NCBI GenBank assembly: GCA_963841435.1
Contig: CAWJCS010000002.1
Coordinates: 576,001 to 640,000, forward strand
Source of the DNA: an uncultured delta proteobacterium
Lineage (GTDB): Bacteria; Myxococcota_A; Polyangia; Polyangiales; Polyangiaceae
DNA: 64,000 nucleotides
Reading direction: 5' to 3'
The notes beneath the pieces were generated by a model. The model made no database searches and was not told where the DNA came from. It saw only the letters and a list, made by a program, of their open reading frames with translations. A program made the position numbers and the translations under genes. This document shows positions 20,339 through 31,137 of the stretch, piece after piece (the first letter of the stretch is position 1; every line of letters begins with the position of its first letter).

Positions 20339-22383
20339 TTGTCCTCCATGCCCGGTCGACCCTGGACCTCGGCGGCGTGCTTCTTTGCGTCGTGCTCCTG
20401 GAGCGTCGGCGCTTGCTCCAACAGGTCGAGCAGTCGGTCGTCCTGGTTCTGATTCGAGCTCTGTGGCTCCTGCTTGTGCTGCTGATCCGGGGGCGGCTCG
20501 CTGCCTCCGTCGCCCCGGTCCTTGCCGGCGTCGGGCTTTTCCGGCTGACCCCCGTCGCTGCCGGCGTCGGGCTGGTCGTTGCCGCCGTCCTTTTCCTGGT
20601 CACCGCCGTCCGGTCCGGCATCGGGCGGACCCCCGTCGTCACCGGCGTCGGGGGGGCCCGAGTCGGGGCCGGCGTCCGGGGGGCCGGCGTCGTTTTCCTG
20701 ATCCTCGATGCGGCGCAGCGCCACGGCGCGATTGTACGCCGCATCGCGTCCGATGCCGTCCCCCGCGTCCTCGGGCAAGCCGGGCGTGAGCTTGAGCGAT
20801 AGATCGTAGCTTGCGACGGCCGAGCGGTAGTCGCGCCTCAGAAATTCGAGGTTACCCGCGAGGTAGAGCGCGCGGGCCCTGAGCTCGATGGGCAGCGAAG
20901 CGTCGCCGGCCGCGAGCCGCACGATGCGCAGCGCGCAATCGACCTCGGCACTGCGCTTTCCGAGGTCGGCCTCGTCGTTGGGCGCGAGGCCGCCGTCCAC
21001 CTTCGGGGGATCCTCTCCGAATCGCTTGCCGAAGCGCTCGGCGATCGTGAACAGCCCGAGGCCGAGGTCGAACGCCGCGTTCGGGTGCTCGCGCAACGAA
21101 TCGGGCGCGCCGATCGAGCCGTTTTCGCATTTGCCGGTGGAGAGGTACTCCTCGAGCAGCGAAACGGCGGCGCCCGCGTCCCCGCCGTCGAGCGCGTCGA
21201 TGGCCTCGCGCACCTTGGGCGAGTCGCGCATGAAAAGCTCGTTGGCCCGCTCGCAGCCGCCGAGGGCCGCCGGCAACGTGAGCGCCGCGAGAAGGCTCGT
21301 CGCGATCGTGCGTGCGACCCGCGGCTTCTTCCGCTTCGGAGGCGGAGCGGGCGGCACCGAACGGAGCTTGCGGCGGGGCCCTTCGGGCACGAGCGTCTCG
21401 ATCACGGCGAGGAAAAGCGCGAGCGCCAGGGGGTACGCGTAGACGTCGGCGTAGACCGTCTCCACGCGCTCCGAAAGCTCCTCGCTCATCATCTGCCGCA
21501 GGCGCGCAGCGATGCTCTCGATGCCCGTCTCGCCTTTTTCGCTCCGCGCGATGAGCCCGTTGGTCGTTTCGGCGATCTTGGCGAGCTCGGCCTCGCCCTC
21601 GGCCGACAGCGACGTCGTGACGGGCTTGCCTTCGGAGTCGGTACGCCAGCCCGTCACCTGACCGACCTCGTTCACTTCGGGCAGCGGCTCCGGCGTGCGA
21701 CCGCCGACCTGCACCACGTGGATCGTGATGTCGTCGTGCGAAGCCGCCTGCGCCACTTGTACCGGATCGCCTTCGAGATCCTCGCCGTCCGTGACGAGCA
21801 AGATCACTTTCCGATGATCCTTCGACAGCGGGTCGCGTGAGATGAGGTCGCGCCCGGCCTCCAACGCGCGCGCAATGGCCGTGCCGCCCACGGGCATGTC
21901 GTTCGGCGTGAGCTGCCGGAAAAACTGCGAGATGGCTGCCCCATCGCTCGTGAGAGGAAACGCCATCGCCTCGCCCGCGAAGGCCACGGCGCCGAAGCGC
22001 GCGCCCGGGAGATCGGCGATCAAACGCGCCACTTCCGCCTTGGCCCGCTCGATGCGCGACGGCCCGATGTCGCGCGCGTACATGCTCTTCGAGTAGTCGA
22101 GCACCACGACCACGTCGAGATTGGTGGCTGGGATCAAGCGCGTACCGCGCCCGTACTGCGGTTGGGCCAGCGACACGAAGAAGAGCCCGAGCGCGAGCAC
22201 GAGCAGCACGCCCTTGAGAGCGCGTCGGCCGCCCGCGCGCGCCGTGGCGAGCTCGAGCACGACGGGCTCGTCGCCGAAGCGCTTGAGCGCCCGTCGCCCG
22301 AGCACGCCGCCGACGGCGAGCAGCGCGCCGAGCGCGAGCGCGAAGAGCGCGCCGAAGAGCCACATCGACTCCGCGAACCTCAC
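20335..22383 (-). CDS. batB: BatB-like VWA protein fused to a BatC-like TPR region and acidic PDAG tail
   Basis: LAQPQYG, MIDAS DYSKSM, PLTSD and TDGED motifs; TPR (AAYNRAVAL). Confidence 0.88.
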   Translation of the reverse strand: MRFAESMWLFGALFALALGALLAVGGVLGRRALKRFGDEPVVLELATARAGGRRALKGVLLVLALGLFFVSLAQPQYGRGTRLIPATNLDVVVVLDYSKSMYARDIGPSRIERAKAEVARLIADLPGARFGAVAFAGEAMAFPLTSDGAAISQFFRQLTPNDMPVGGTAIARALEAGRDLISRDPLSKDHRKVILLVTDGEDLEGDPVQVAQAASHDDITIHVVQVGGRTPEPLPEVNEVGQVTGWRTDSEGKPVTTSLSAEGEAELAKIAETTNGLIARSEKGETGIESIAARLRQMMSEELSERVETVYADVYAYPLALALFLAVIETLVPEGPRRKLRSVPPAPPPKRKKPRVARTIATSLLAALTLPAALGGCERANELFMRDSPKVREAIDALDGGDAGAAVSLLEEYLSTGKCENGSIGAPDSLREHPNAAFDLGLGLFTIAERFGKRFGEDPPKVDGGLAPNDEADLGKRSAEVDCALRIVRLAAGDASLPIELRARALYLAGNLEFLRRDYRSAVASYDLSLKLTPGLPEDAGDGIGRDAAYNRAVALRRIEDQENDAGPPDAGPDSGPPDAGDDGGPPDAGPDGGDQEKDGGNDQPDAGSDGGQPEKPDAGKDRGDGGSEPPPDQQHKQEPQSSNQNQDDRLLDLLEQAPTLQEHDAKKHAAEVQGRPGMEDK

Positions 22384-23600
22384 GGAAACCTCCTGAGCAC
22401 GAGGGCTCGCAAGAGGCCGTCGAGCGCCATCAGGAGCACGCCCGGCAGGAGCAGGAAGCGGTACAGCTCCTCGAAATGGGCGGAGCTCGCCGACAGCTTG
22501 GTCTTCTCGAGGCGATTGAGCACGTCATGGAAGCTCGCCTGGAGCGACTTCGCGTCGCTGGCGACGTACATGTGCCCGTTCGTCTTTTCTGCGAGCGCCT
22601 TGAGCAGCTTCGGGTTGACGGGGTAGGGCACGCGCACGTAGCGGGGCTGCCCGAACAGATCGAGCCCGTCCTGCACCTCGGCGCTTTCACCCGTGCCGAT
22701 CTGAATGGTGTAGATGTGCGCGCCCACGACGTTCGCGAGCTTGGCCGCGTACTCGGGCGCGACGCGCCCGCCCTTGTTGTCGCCGTCGGTGAGCAGGATG
22801 ATCGCCTTGCTCTTGGCCGTGGAGCGCCTGAGGCGAGCGCTCGCGACGCCGAGCGCGTCGCCAATCGCCGTCGCATTGGGATCGATCAGGTTGATCTCCA
22901 TGCGCGAGACGAGCACGTCGAGCAGGTGGTAATCGAGGGTGGGCGGCGACACGACGTAGGCGCTCGAGCCGAACACGACGACCCCGATGCGGTCCGTCTT
23001 GCGCCGTCCGATGAAATCGCGCACCACGGCTTTCGCCACGTCGAGGCGCGTCGGCCGCACGCCGGGCCGTCCGCGCGGTAGATAGCTCGCGAGATCCTCG
23101 GGAACGTTGTCGAGCACGGCCCGCATCGACCCGGACATGTCGAGCGCGACGACGATGTCGATGCCTTCCTCGTCGGTGGTCACGGGCCTGAGCGTGTTGA
23201 GCGGCCGCGCGAGCGCGCCGATGCAAAGCACGAGACCGATCGCGCGCGCAATGCCGGGCAAGTCGCGCAGGTGGACGCGCGCTCCGGCAGGTCCGACAGC
23301 GAGCGCCGCGATCGTCCCCAGGCGCAGGCGCGGCGTGCGCCGATCGTCGCCGAGCACCGTGCGGTAGAGCACGATGGGCACCACGAAAAGCAGCGCGAAA
23401 GCCCACGGTTCCGCCCAGCGCGCCGCGGCGAGCTCGCTGCCCCGCGCGAGCGCAGGGTACGAAAGGCCGAGCGCGGCGAGCACGAGGAACGCGAGCACGC
23501 CGACGGCTGCGCGCACGAGCCTGCGCGCCCCGCGCGCCGACGGGCGCTTCTGCTCGAGCTCGGGGACCACGCTCGGACGGATCGAAGGGGCCGCGCTCAC
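22380..23600 (-). CDS. batA: BatA-like VWA domain membrane protein
   Basis: ALARP, MIDAS DMSGSM, TAIGDAL and LLTDGDN motifs; GTGA overlaps at both ends. Confidence 0.9.
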   Translation of the reverse strand: MSAAPSIRPSVVPELEQKRPSARGARRLVRAAVGVLAFLVLAALGLSYPALARGSELAAARWAEPWAFALLFVVPIVLYRTVLGDDRRTPRLRLGTIAALAVGPAGARVHLRDLPGIARAIGLVLCIGALARPLNTLRPVTTDEEGIDIVVALDMSGSMRAVLDNVPEDLASYLPRGRPGVRPTRLDVAKAVVRDFIGRRKTDRIGVVVFGSSAYVVSPPTLDYHLLDVLVSRMEINLIDPNATAIGDALGVASARLRRSTAKSKAIILLTDGDNKGGRVAPEYAAKLANVVGAHIYTIQIGTGESAEVQDGLDLFGQPRYVRVPYPVNPKLLKALAEKTNGHMYVASDAKSLQASFHDVLNRLEKTKLSASSAHFEELYRFLLLPGVLLMALDGLLRALVLRRFP

Positions 23601-24991
23601 GAGGTGCCTCCCTCGGGCGGCTTGGGCCCCCACTCCGCGGCTTCCTGCTGCGCTTGCTCGTCGGCGGGGCCGTCGGTGGCGCTCGGCGCCTGCTCTGCGG
23701 CAGCGTTCTGGTCGGGCCCCGGGGTGCCCGTGGGCCCAGCCTCGGGGGCTCGCGCTTCGCCGGGCAAGAGCGGCAGCGTCTGACGCACGATGTGCTCGGC
23801 GCGCACCAGGGCGAGCTCGCCGTCCTCGGCGCTCGGCACGGTCTTCGCGAATTTCACGAGATCCGCCTGACGCAGGAACGCTTCGATGGCGTCGAGCGGG
23901 TCGATGCGAGGCGTCGCCCTTCGGAGCAGGGAGAGCGCCTCGCGGGTCGTGCTCTCGAGCCCGTCGAACCCGAAGCGGGCTCCCAAGTACTTTCTCACGA
24001 TGTCCGAGACGCGGTCGAAGTGCTCCGCGAGGCGCCCCTCGGCGACGAGGCCGGCGTGACGCACGTCGAACAGCTCCTCGAGCGCCACCTCCCAGGGTGG
24101 TCGTGGCGGCGGCGCGGGCGGCGCCGGACGCGGACGGCGCAGCCAGCGACCGAGCAACCAGGCCGCCAGCAGGCCCACGGGGAGCGCGATCGCTGCGCCG
24201 AGCACCGCCTGCTTGAGCAGCGTCCACTCCTCGCGCTGCGGGCGCGCGGGCGGATTCGGCTTCGGCATCGGGTTCGAGACGTTCGCGATCGGGTCTTCGA
24301 TCGTGACCTCGTGCGGCGAGGTGCAGAGCACGAGCACGTCGCCGCTCGCGCGTGCCACGCTGAGCGGAAGGGCGGGGATCGTGATGCGGTTTCGCCCCGG
24401 CTTCTGCGGCAGCGCCACGAGCGAAAGCTCGATCGTCGTCGTCGCGCGATCGCCGTGCTCGGTGCGCTCGACCACGGGACCGGCGCCGCCATCGGGATCG
24501 GGCACGTAGAGCCCAAGGTGCTCGAGGGCGCGCCATTCGGTGCTGTCGCTCTGCGGCTGGAAGCCGCCGGGCAGCACCGTCTCGCCCTTGCCGTGCTCGA
24601 GCACGAAGCTGAGCGTGAGGGCGTGCCCGCTCTCGGCGCGCGACGGCACCTTCTCCGTGAGCTTCGGGCGATCCTTTCCAGCGGGCACTCGCTCGCGGCA
24701 CGTGTCGGAAGCAACGCTTGGCGCCTGCGGCGCCGCGCTTTGCGTCGCGGGCGCCGCGCTCGGAGTGGGTGGTGCCGGTGCGGAGCTTGCCGGCGGCGTT
24801 GCGCTTGCGGACGGAGCGAGTGAAGCGGCGCCGCTCGTGACGGGAGCCGGGGGCGCTCCGCTCGGCACCGGGGTCCAGCCCGGCGGCACCGCGACGGCCC
24901 CGCCGCCGGCCGTGCCGCTCGCCGCCGCCGCCGCCGCGCCGATGGCGCTCGAAAGCACGAGGCCGAGCCCGGCGAGCGCCCGTGGCTTCAC
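23597..24991 (-). CDS. DUF4381-like membrane protein of MoxR/Bat operons
   Basis: TM followed by PPWEVALEEL, VRKYLGARFG...ESTTRE and ADLVKFAK. Confidence 0.8.
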   Translation of the reverse strand: MKPRALAGLGLVLSSAIGAAAAAASGTAGGGAVAVPPGWTPVPSGAPPAPVTSGAASLAPSASATPPASSAPAPPTPSAAPATQSAAPQAPSVASDTCRERVPAGKDRPKLTEKVPSRAESGHALTLSFVLEHGKGETVLPGGFQPQSDSTEWRALEHLGLYVPDPDGGAGPVVERTEHGDRATTTIELSLVALPQKPGRNRITIPALPLSVARASGDVLVLCTSPHEVTIEDPIANVSNPMPKPNPPARPQREEWTLLKQAVLGAAIALPVGLLAAWLLGRWLRRPRPAPPAPPPRPPWEVALEELFDVRHAGLVAEGRLAEHFDRVSDIVRKYLGARFGFDGLESTTREALSLLRRATPRIDPLDAIEAFLRQADLVKFAKTVPSAEDGELALVRAEHIVRQTLPLLPGEARAPEAGPTGTPGPDQNAAAEQAPSATDGPADEQAQQEAAEWGPKPPEGGTS

Positions 24992-25869
24992 CGGTGCGCC
25001 CTCCGCGCTCGCCGCGCGAAGAGCTCGCGCAGCGGGCCGACGTACGGCCGATCCGTCCGCACCACGCAATGATCGAGCCCGAGCTTCGTGAAGAGCCGGA
25101 TCGGTGTTTCACGTAGCGCGCGCATGCGCTTCTTGTAGTGGGCGCGCACGAGCTTGCTCGAGGTGTCGATGACGACGCTTTCGCCCGTCTCGAAATCCTC
25201 GAAGCTCGAGAGCCCGACGTCGGGCAGCTCCTCGTCGCGCGGGTCGACGAGCAGGATGGGGATCACGTCGTGGCGGGCCGCGGCGAGCGAGAGCGCGCGC
25301 TCGTAGCCGCTCGTGTAGAAGTCGCTCATCACGAACGCCACGCTGCGCCGCCGTGCCACGCGGTAGAGCGTCTCGAGCGTGACCTTGAGATCGGTGCCGG
25401 GGCGCTCGGGCTTGGCGCCGAGGATCTCGCGCACGACGCGCATCACGTGCTTCTGGCCCTTCATGGGCGGCACGATCTTCTCGATCTGGTCGGTGGCGAG
25501 GATCAGCCCCACGCGGTCGTTGTGGCTGATGGCGCTGAACGCGCAGAGCGCGGCGACCTCGGCCGCGAGGCGCGCCTTGCTGCCGCCCTGGGTGCCGAAG
25601 TTCTGACTCGCCGACAAGTCCACGACGAGCATCACCGTCATCTCCCGCTCTTCGACGAACACCTTCACGTACGTGGCGTTCATGCGCGCGCTCACGTTCC
25701 AGTCGATCGTGCGCACGTCGTCGCCCGGCTGGTATTCGCGCACCTCGCGAAACGCGAGACCCCGACCCTTGAACACGGACGTGTAGTTACCGGCAAGCTG
25801 CTCCGTCGCGAGCCGGTTGGTCGTGATCTCGATCTTGCGCAGGGCCTTGAGAAGCTCCTTGGGGATCAC
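24988..25869 (-). CDS. DUF58 domain protein
   Basis: G.AFREVREYQPGDDVRTIDWNVSAR, EERE and DLSAS motifs. Confidence 0.95.
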   Translation of the reverse strand: MIPKELLKALRKIEITTNRLATEQLAGNYTSVFKGRGLAFREVREYQPGDDVRTIDWNVSARMNATYVKVFVEEREMTVMLVVDLSASQNFGTQGGSKARLAAEVAALCAFSAISHNDRVGLILATDQIEKIVPPMKGQKHVMRVVREILGAKPERPGTDLKVTLETLYRVARRRSVAFVMSDFYTSGYERALSLAAARHDVIPILLVDPRDEELPDVGLSSFEDFETGESVVIDTSSKLVRAHYKKRMRALRETPIRLFTKLGLDHCVVRTDRPYVGPLRELFARRARRAHR

Positions 25870-25872
25870 GAG

Positions 25873-26859
<987 letters not shown>

Positions 26860-27223
26860 CGTCTTCTTTCCTCGCCCGGCGCGTATAACGCGGTGGCCGG
26901 CCGCAAGACAATCCTCCAAAGCCGCCTATTCCCGGGGGTTTGCGGGATTTTTGCCCCTCGGCACCGGCGCGGGCGATATAATCGAAAGAGCCGGGGCGCG
27001 CAGCGGGACGCAGGGTCAGCACGCGGGAGGCTTTGGTGGTGGGTCGGCAAGCGTCAGTGCCCGGCGGCTTCCGCCGTGGGTGGAGGCTCGCCCGTCGGGC
27101 GCGGGGCAGGCTTGGGCACAAACCGCGCTTCCAACTGCCCTGCCCGCGGTGTGCCCGGCGGATTGGCGGAAATAGGCTAGAACGCGGGGTGCCCGTGACC
27201 GTCGGGTGTCCGAACGAGCACCG

Positions 27224-27922
27224 ATGAGCGCCCGCCGCCCACGCCGCTTTCTGGTGCGGCTCTCCGTGATCGCCGGCGGGCTCCTGCTCCTGCTCGTCGC
27301 CGTGCCCGCGTACTACTACGTGAAGCTCGTGGTCCTCGCGAAGAAGTACGACGTGGTTTCGATCAAAACCGCGCCTGTGTACCAGTCGACCGCGCTCGTC
27401 GAGCGCGCCTGGCAGCTTCCGGTGGCGCGCACCTACCGCGCCGGGCTCGTCTATCAGAAGAACGACTCGTTCTGCGGTCCTACGACGCTCGCGAACGCCG
27501 TGCTCTCCTTCGGCGGCACGGCGACGCAGCAGCAGATGGTCGAGGGGACGGGCAAATGCTGGAGCGGCCTGTGCCTCGGCGGGCTGTCGCTCGACAACGT
27601 CGCCGCGCTCGCACGCGAGAAGACCGGGCGCAAGGTTAGCGTGATCCGCGGCCTCGACTACGCTGCGTTTCGCGAGCTGTTGCCGCGTTTCAATGACCCG
27701 TCGCGGCGCTACCTCGCGAATTTCCACCGCGGTCCGCTGTTCGGGAAGGGCGGCGGACACCACTCGCCGATCGGCGGCTACCTCGAGCCCGAAGGGCTCG
27801 TCTTCGTGCTCGACGTGAACGAAGCCTACGAGCCGTGGCTCGTCAACCCGAAGCGCCTGTTCGAGGCCATCGACACCGAGGCTGCCCCCGGCAAGAAGCG
27901 CGGCCTTTTGCTGCTCCAGTGA
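27224..27922 (+). CDS. Phytochelatin synthase family protein with N-terminal membrane anchor
   Basis: Q...FCG (Cys), GGHHSPIGGY (His) and VLDV (Asp) form the papain-like triad. Confidence 0.88.
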   Translation: MSARRPRRFLVRLSVIAGGLLLLLVAVPAYYYVKLVVLAKKYDVVSIKTAPVYQSTALVERAWQLPVARTYRAGLVYQKNDSFCGPTTLANAVLSFGGTATQQQMVEGTGKCWSGLCLGGLSLDNVAALAREKTGRKVSVIRGLDYAAFRELLPRFNDPSRRYLANFHRGPLFGKGGGHHSPIGGYLEPEGLVFVLDVNEAYEPWLVNPKRLFEAIDTEAAPGKKRGLLLLQ

Positions 27923-27929
27923 CGCTTTT

Positions 27930-29009
27930 TCACATGAAGCCGAGGTCGTCGATCGCGATGTCGAAGGCGCCCGCTTCGGGGATGTAGGTCCCGCCATCGT
28001 CGGCGGGATTCGGCACGTAGCTCATCTGCGCGCCGAAGCTGAGCCCCGTGATCTTGTCGCCCGTCGCCGGTACGGCGACGCCCGAGGCGCCCACGCCCGC
28101 CGTGAACATGCCCCAGGGCAGCGTGATCTGCGTCCAGTCGGCCGTGACGGCCACGCTCGCCGAAGGGCCGGCGCACGAGCCGGAGGTGGGCGCAGGATCA
28201 CAGGTGCCACCTTTGCGCGGATCGGTCGCGTCGGGGGGCGTGGTGTCTTCGGTCGCGAGCGCCACGCTGATCATGGCGGTCGGCGTCGTCCCGCGCACCC
28301 AGAACGTGAGCCCAGCGTACGAGGAGGCGTTGATGCAGCCCATCCAGAACCCGATGCCGCCGCCCCAATCCGCCGTGGCCGTGTTCACGGCGTGCACCGC
28401 CCAGTTGCTGGCGTTGGCACCGGCGGCAAAGTTCAACGTGTAGGTCGGCGCGCGCGTATCGGAGCCGGGAGGGGTGCTTTCCGAGAGTGGGTAGAGCCCC
28501 GCGTAGGCCGTGTCGATCGTGAAGGTCCACGAGCCGTCGTCGAAGGCGGGCAGCACGCCGTCGTAGCTTTCGAAGTCGGTGAGCAGGGGCGTCGCCACGG
28601 TCACCTTGTTGAAGCAATCCTTGACGGGGTCCCCGGCGCCCGCGGTCCCCGCCGAGCCCGCGTCCGAGCCGCCGATGCCGGCCCCGGCGCCGCCCGCGCT
28701 CGCTCCCGCAGCGGGCGTTCCGGCCGTGCCCGCGGCGCCGCCGATTCCCGTGGCGCCGCCGACGCCCGTGGCGCCGCCGACTCCCGTGGCGCCTCCGACT
28801 CCCGCGGCGCCGCCGACTCCCGTGGCGCCGCCGACGCCCGTGGCGCCGCCGACTCCCGTGGCGCCGCCGACTCCCGTGGCGCCGCCGGTCATGGGCGGCG
28901 GCACCGTGTCGTCGTCGCCCGTGACCGCGGGGGTACAGGCAAGCGCCGTCCAGACGGGCGAGCCGAAGGCAAGAAGGGCGATAAAAAGGCGTGAAGAAGA
29001 TAGGGTCAT
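27930..29009 (-). CDS. Gly-rich lipoprotein with a C-terminal galactose-binding-like (CBM11/CIA30-like) domain
   Basis: Lipobox ALAC; DFE...WGGGIG...NASSYAGLTFWVRG...WTQITLPW...IDDLGF. Confidence 0.8.
   Translation of the reverse strand: MTLSSSRLFIALLAFGSPVWTALACTPAVTGDDDTVPPPMTGGATGVGGATGVGGATGVGGATGVGGAAGVGGATGVGGATGVGGATGIGGAAGTAGTPAAGASAGGAGAGIGGSDAGSAGTAGAGDPVKDCFNKVTVATPLLTDFESYDGVLPAFDDGSWTFTIDTAYAGLYPLSESTPPGSDTRAPTYTLNFAAGANASNWAVHAVNTATADWGGGIGFWMGCINASSYAGLTFWVRGTTPTAMISVALATEDTTPPDATDPRKGGTCDPAPTSGSCAGPSASVAVTADWTQITLPWGMFTAGVGASGVAVPATGDKITGLSFGAQMSYVPNPADDGGTYIPEAGAFDIAIDDLGFM
28741..28884. repeat. 8 x 18-bp coding tandem repeat (GGATGV linker)
   Basis: Unit CCGACTCCCGTGGCGCCG repeated 8 times with at most 1 substitution per copy. 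Confidence 0.95.
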
Positions 29010-29023
29010 CGAATCGGCTCCGG

Positions 29024-30730
29024 TCACTGAACGCGACAATAAAATCCGTTCGTCGTAAGGCTTCCGCTCCCCGAGTAGACCTCGGTGCCCGCCTGCACGG
29101 ACGCGAGGTACTTGCTGTTCTGCATCCACCCCCTCGAAACGAGATCGCTCATGAAGCTCATCATGTCGTGCACGGCGGTCGTCGCGTTCTGGGTGCGCAC
29201 GTAGGAAAACACGTTGGTGCCGCCGTTGTTGCCTCGGTAAAGGTCGAACGACGAGCCCCCGATCGTCACGGTCGTTTGCAGCGTGCCGATCGGCCCCGCA
29301 CCGCCCGCACGGTAGAGCCAGACCATCACCTCGTCGCTCGGGGTCGAGCTCGAGTCCGGGTTCAACGTCGTATGGACCCACATGTCGTACGACACGTTGA
29401 TCGTCCCGCTCGCGGTGACCGAGTAGCTCCAACCGCAGTTGACGTGCTTGCCCGACGAAAGCTGCACGGGCAGGCCCGTGTTGGTGACGCGCCAGCCCCA
29501 CTGCCAGCCGAAGACCAGGCTCACGTAGGTTTTGACCCCGCCCGAGCCGCCGGTCCACTGCCAGTCCGTGCCCCAGCCCACGAGATCACCGGTCTGGCAG
29601 GTGCCGAAGATGCACTGCTGGCCGCTCGCTCCGCTGATGCCCCACTGGTTGTTGTTCACCCAGTATTTCCCGAGCATCACGTAGGCGTCCTTCGTGCAGC
29701 TCCGGTTCATCTCCGAGCCGCCGCCGCAGCTCACGCTGTTCGGATCGATGCAACCGCCGAACAGGCAGCTCGTGCCGCCGCCGCACGGCGTGCCGCATTT
29801 GCCGCAGTTGCTCGCGTCGGAGGTGAGGTCCTTGCAGGTGCCGGAGCAGTCGGTGCCGCTGTTCGGGCAGACGCACGCACCGTCGGTGCACATGGCGCCC
29901 GTCGCGCACTTCTTGCCGCAAGCGCCGCAGTTCGACGTGTCGCTCAGCACGTCCTGGCAAGCACCGCCGTTGCACGATGCCTGCCCCGTGCGGCAGCGAC
30001 AGGCGCTCATCGAGCACATCTGGTCGGACGGACAGGCGTTGCCGCAGGCGCCGCAATTGTTCTGATGTCCCGTGGTATCGACGCACGCGCCGTCGCAGCG
30101 CGTGAGCCCGGCGGCACAGCCGGCCCCGCATTTCCCCTGCGAGCAGACCTGGCTCGACGGGCATGCCGTGCCGCAGGCGCCGCAGTTCATGGGGTCCGAC
30201 GAGGTGTCGAAGCACACTCCGTTGCATTCCATCTGTCCGGCGGAGCACGCACACTGGCTGTCGGTGCAGCTCTGATCGGCGCGGCATGCCGTGCCGCAGA
30301 CGCCGCAGTTGGTGACGTCGATCGCGAGGTTCTTGCAGCCGCCCGGGCATTCGCTCGTGCCCGCGGGGCACGTCCCGCTGCCCGCGCTGCCGCCGCTGCC
30401 CGACACGGCACCCGCGCCGCCCGAGCCCGCGACCGGTGGTGTGCCTCCCGTCGTGCCGCCGACGCCACCCGTCGTGCCACTGACGCCGCCCGTACCGACG
30501 CCGCCCGTCGTGCCGCTGACGCCGCCCGTGCCCGAGCCCGATGCCACGCCGCCGGTGGAAACACTTCCAGCACCGCCGCCCACGCCGAGGGCGCCGCCCG
30601 TCGATGGGGTGCTGACGTCCCCCGCGCGCTCGGGAGGCTGTGCGGAGCACGCGGCACCGACGACCGCCACGCAAAGTGCCGCCAGCATCATGCGGAGGAG
30701 CTCTCGAGGGGCGAGGCGCGGGCTGAGCAT
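29024..30730 (-). CDS. Lipoprotein with Cys-rich (NCGACG) repeats and a C-terminal GH12 endoglucanase domain
   Basis: Lipobox GAAC; five NCGxCG repeats; VNNNQWG, YDMW, DEVMVW and GTEV GH12 motifs. Confidence 0.88.
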   Translation of the reverse strand: MLSPRLAPRELLRMMLAALCVAVVGAACSAQPPERAGDVSTPSTGGALGVGGGAGSVSTGGVASGSGTGGVSGTTGGVGTGGVSGTTGGVGGTTGGTPPVAGSGGAGAVSGSGGSAGSGTCPAGTSECPGGCKNLAIDVTNCGVCGTACRADQSCTDSQCACSAGQMECNGVCFDTSSDPMNCGACGTACPSSQVCSQGKCGAGCAAGLTRCDGACVDTTGHQNNCGACGNACPSDQMCSMSACRCRTGQASCNGGACQDVLSDTSNCGACGKKCATGAMCTDGACVCPNSGTDCSGTCKDLTSDASNCGKCGTPCGGGTSCLFGGCIDPNSVSCGGGSEMNRSCTKDAYVMLGKYWVNNNQWGISGASGQQCIFGTCQTGDLVGWGTDWQWTGGSGGVKTYVSLVFGWQWGWRVTNTGLPVQLSSGKHVNCGWSYSVTASGTINVSYDMWVHTTLNPDSSSTPSDEVMVWLYRAGGAGPIGTLQTTVTIGGSSFDLYRGNNGGTNVFSYVRTQNATTAVHDMMSFMSDLVSRGWMQNSKYLASVQAGTEVYSGSGSLTTNGFYCRVQ

Positions 30731-30840
30731 TTTTGCGAAGTCTAGCCGAACTCGCCCTACGAGGCCGCCACAAGAAGTTCTTTTATTTACGAATGCTTAG
30801 GTTCATTTCCCGCGACGGTAGCATTTCATTGCTGCTGTTT

Positions 30841-31119
30841 CTAGCCCGGCTCCAGGAGTGACAGGAAGAACGTCGGCCCGAGGATCCACGCTTCGGCCCA
30901 GGCGACGGCGAGGATGGCCGCGAGCAGCGTGCGACGCGTTCGCACGAGGTGCAGGCTCACGGCGAGCGGGCCGATCAGCGCGACCGCGACCCACACCGAC
31001 GTGTCGGGCCAGGCTCGCTCGCGGGCGCGCGGCGGCAGGTGCCGGATGTCGCGCCGGAGCACGAGCGCCGGGACGACGAGCGCCACGACGAGCTGCAGAG
31101 AGAAGAGGAGCACGTCCAC
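30841..31119 (-). CDS. Small membrane protein
   Basis: Three hydrophobic segments; GGAG upstream; directly follows the pseudokinase stop. Confidence 0.65.
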   Translation of the reverse strand: MDVLLFSLQLVVALVVPALVLRRDIRHLPPRARERAWPDTSVWVAVALIGPLAVSLHLVRTRRTLLAAILAVAWAEAWILGPTFFLSLLEPG

Positions 31120-31137
31120 GGCATGCTCCGGGGCCCG

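Noticed and set aside
22380-25112. 910-aa ORF as one giant VWA protein
   Set aside because: The first 500 or so codons are an Arg-rich alternate frame of the DUF4381-like gene; the likely start is GTG 23600, overlapping the upstream stop.
28741-28884. Tandem repeat as a possible CRISPR array
   Set aside because: No spacers; in-frame 18-bp units encode a Gly linker; no cas genes in the window.
30770-30835. Additional copies of the TGATCA-N17-CATTGTTC motif upstream of other lipoprotein genes
   Set aside because: Checked by eye upstream of 7138, 7998, 30730, 50897, 55212 and 56900 with no match; this was not an exhaustive scan.
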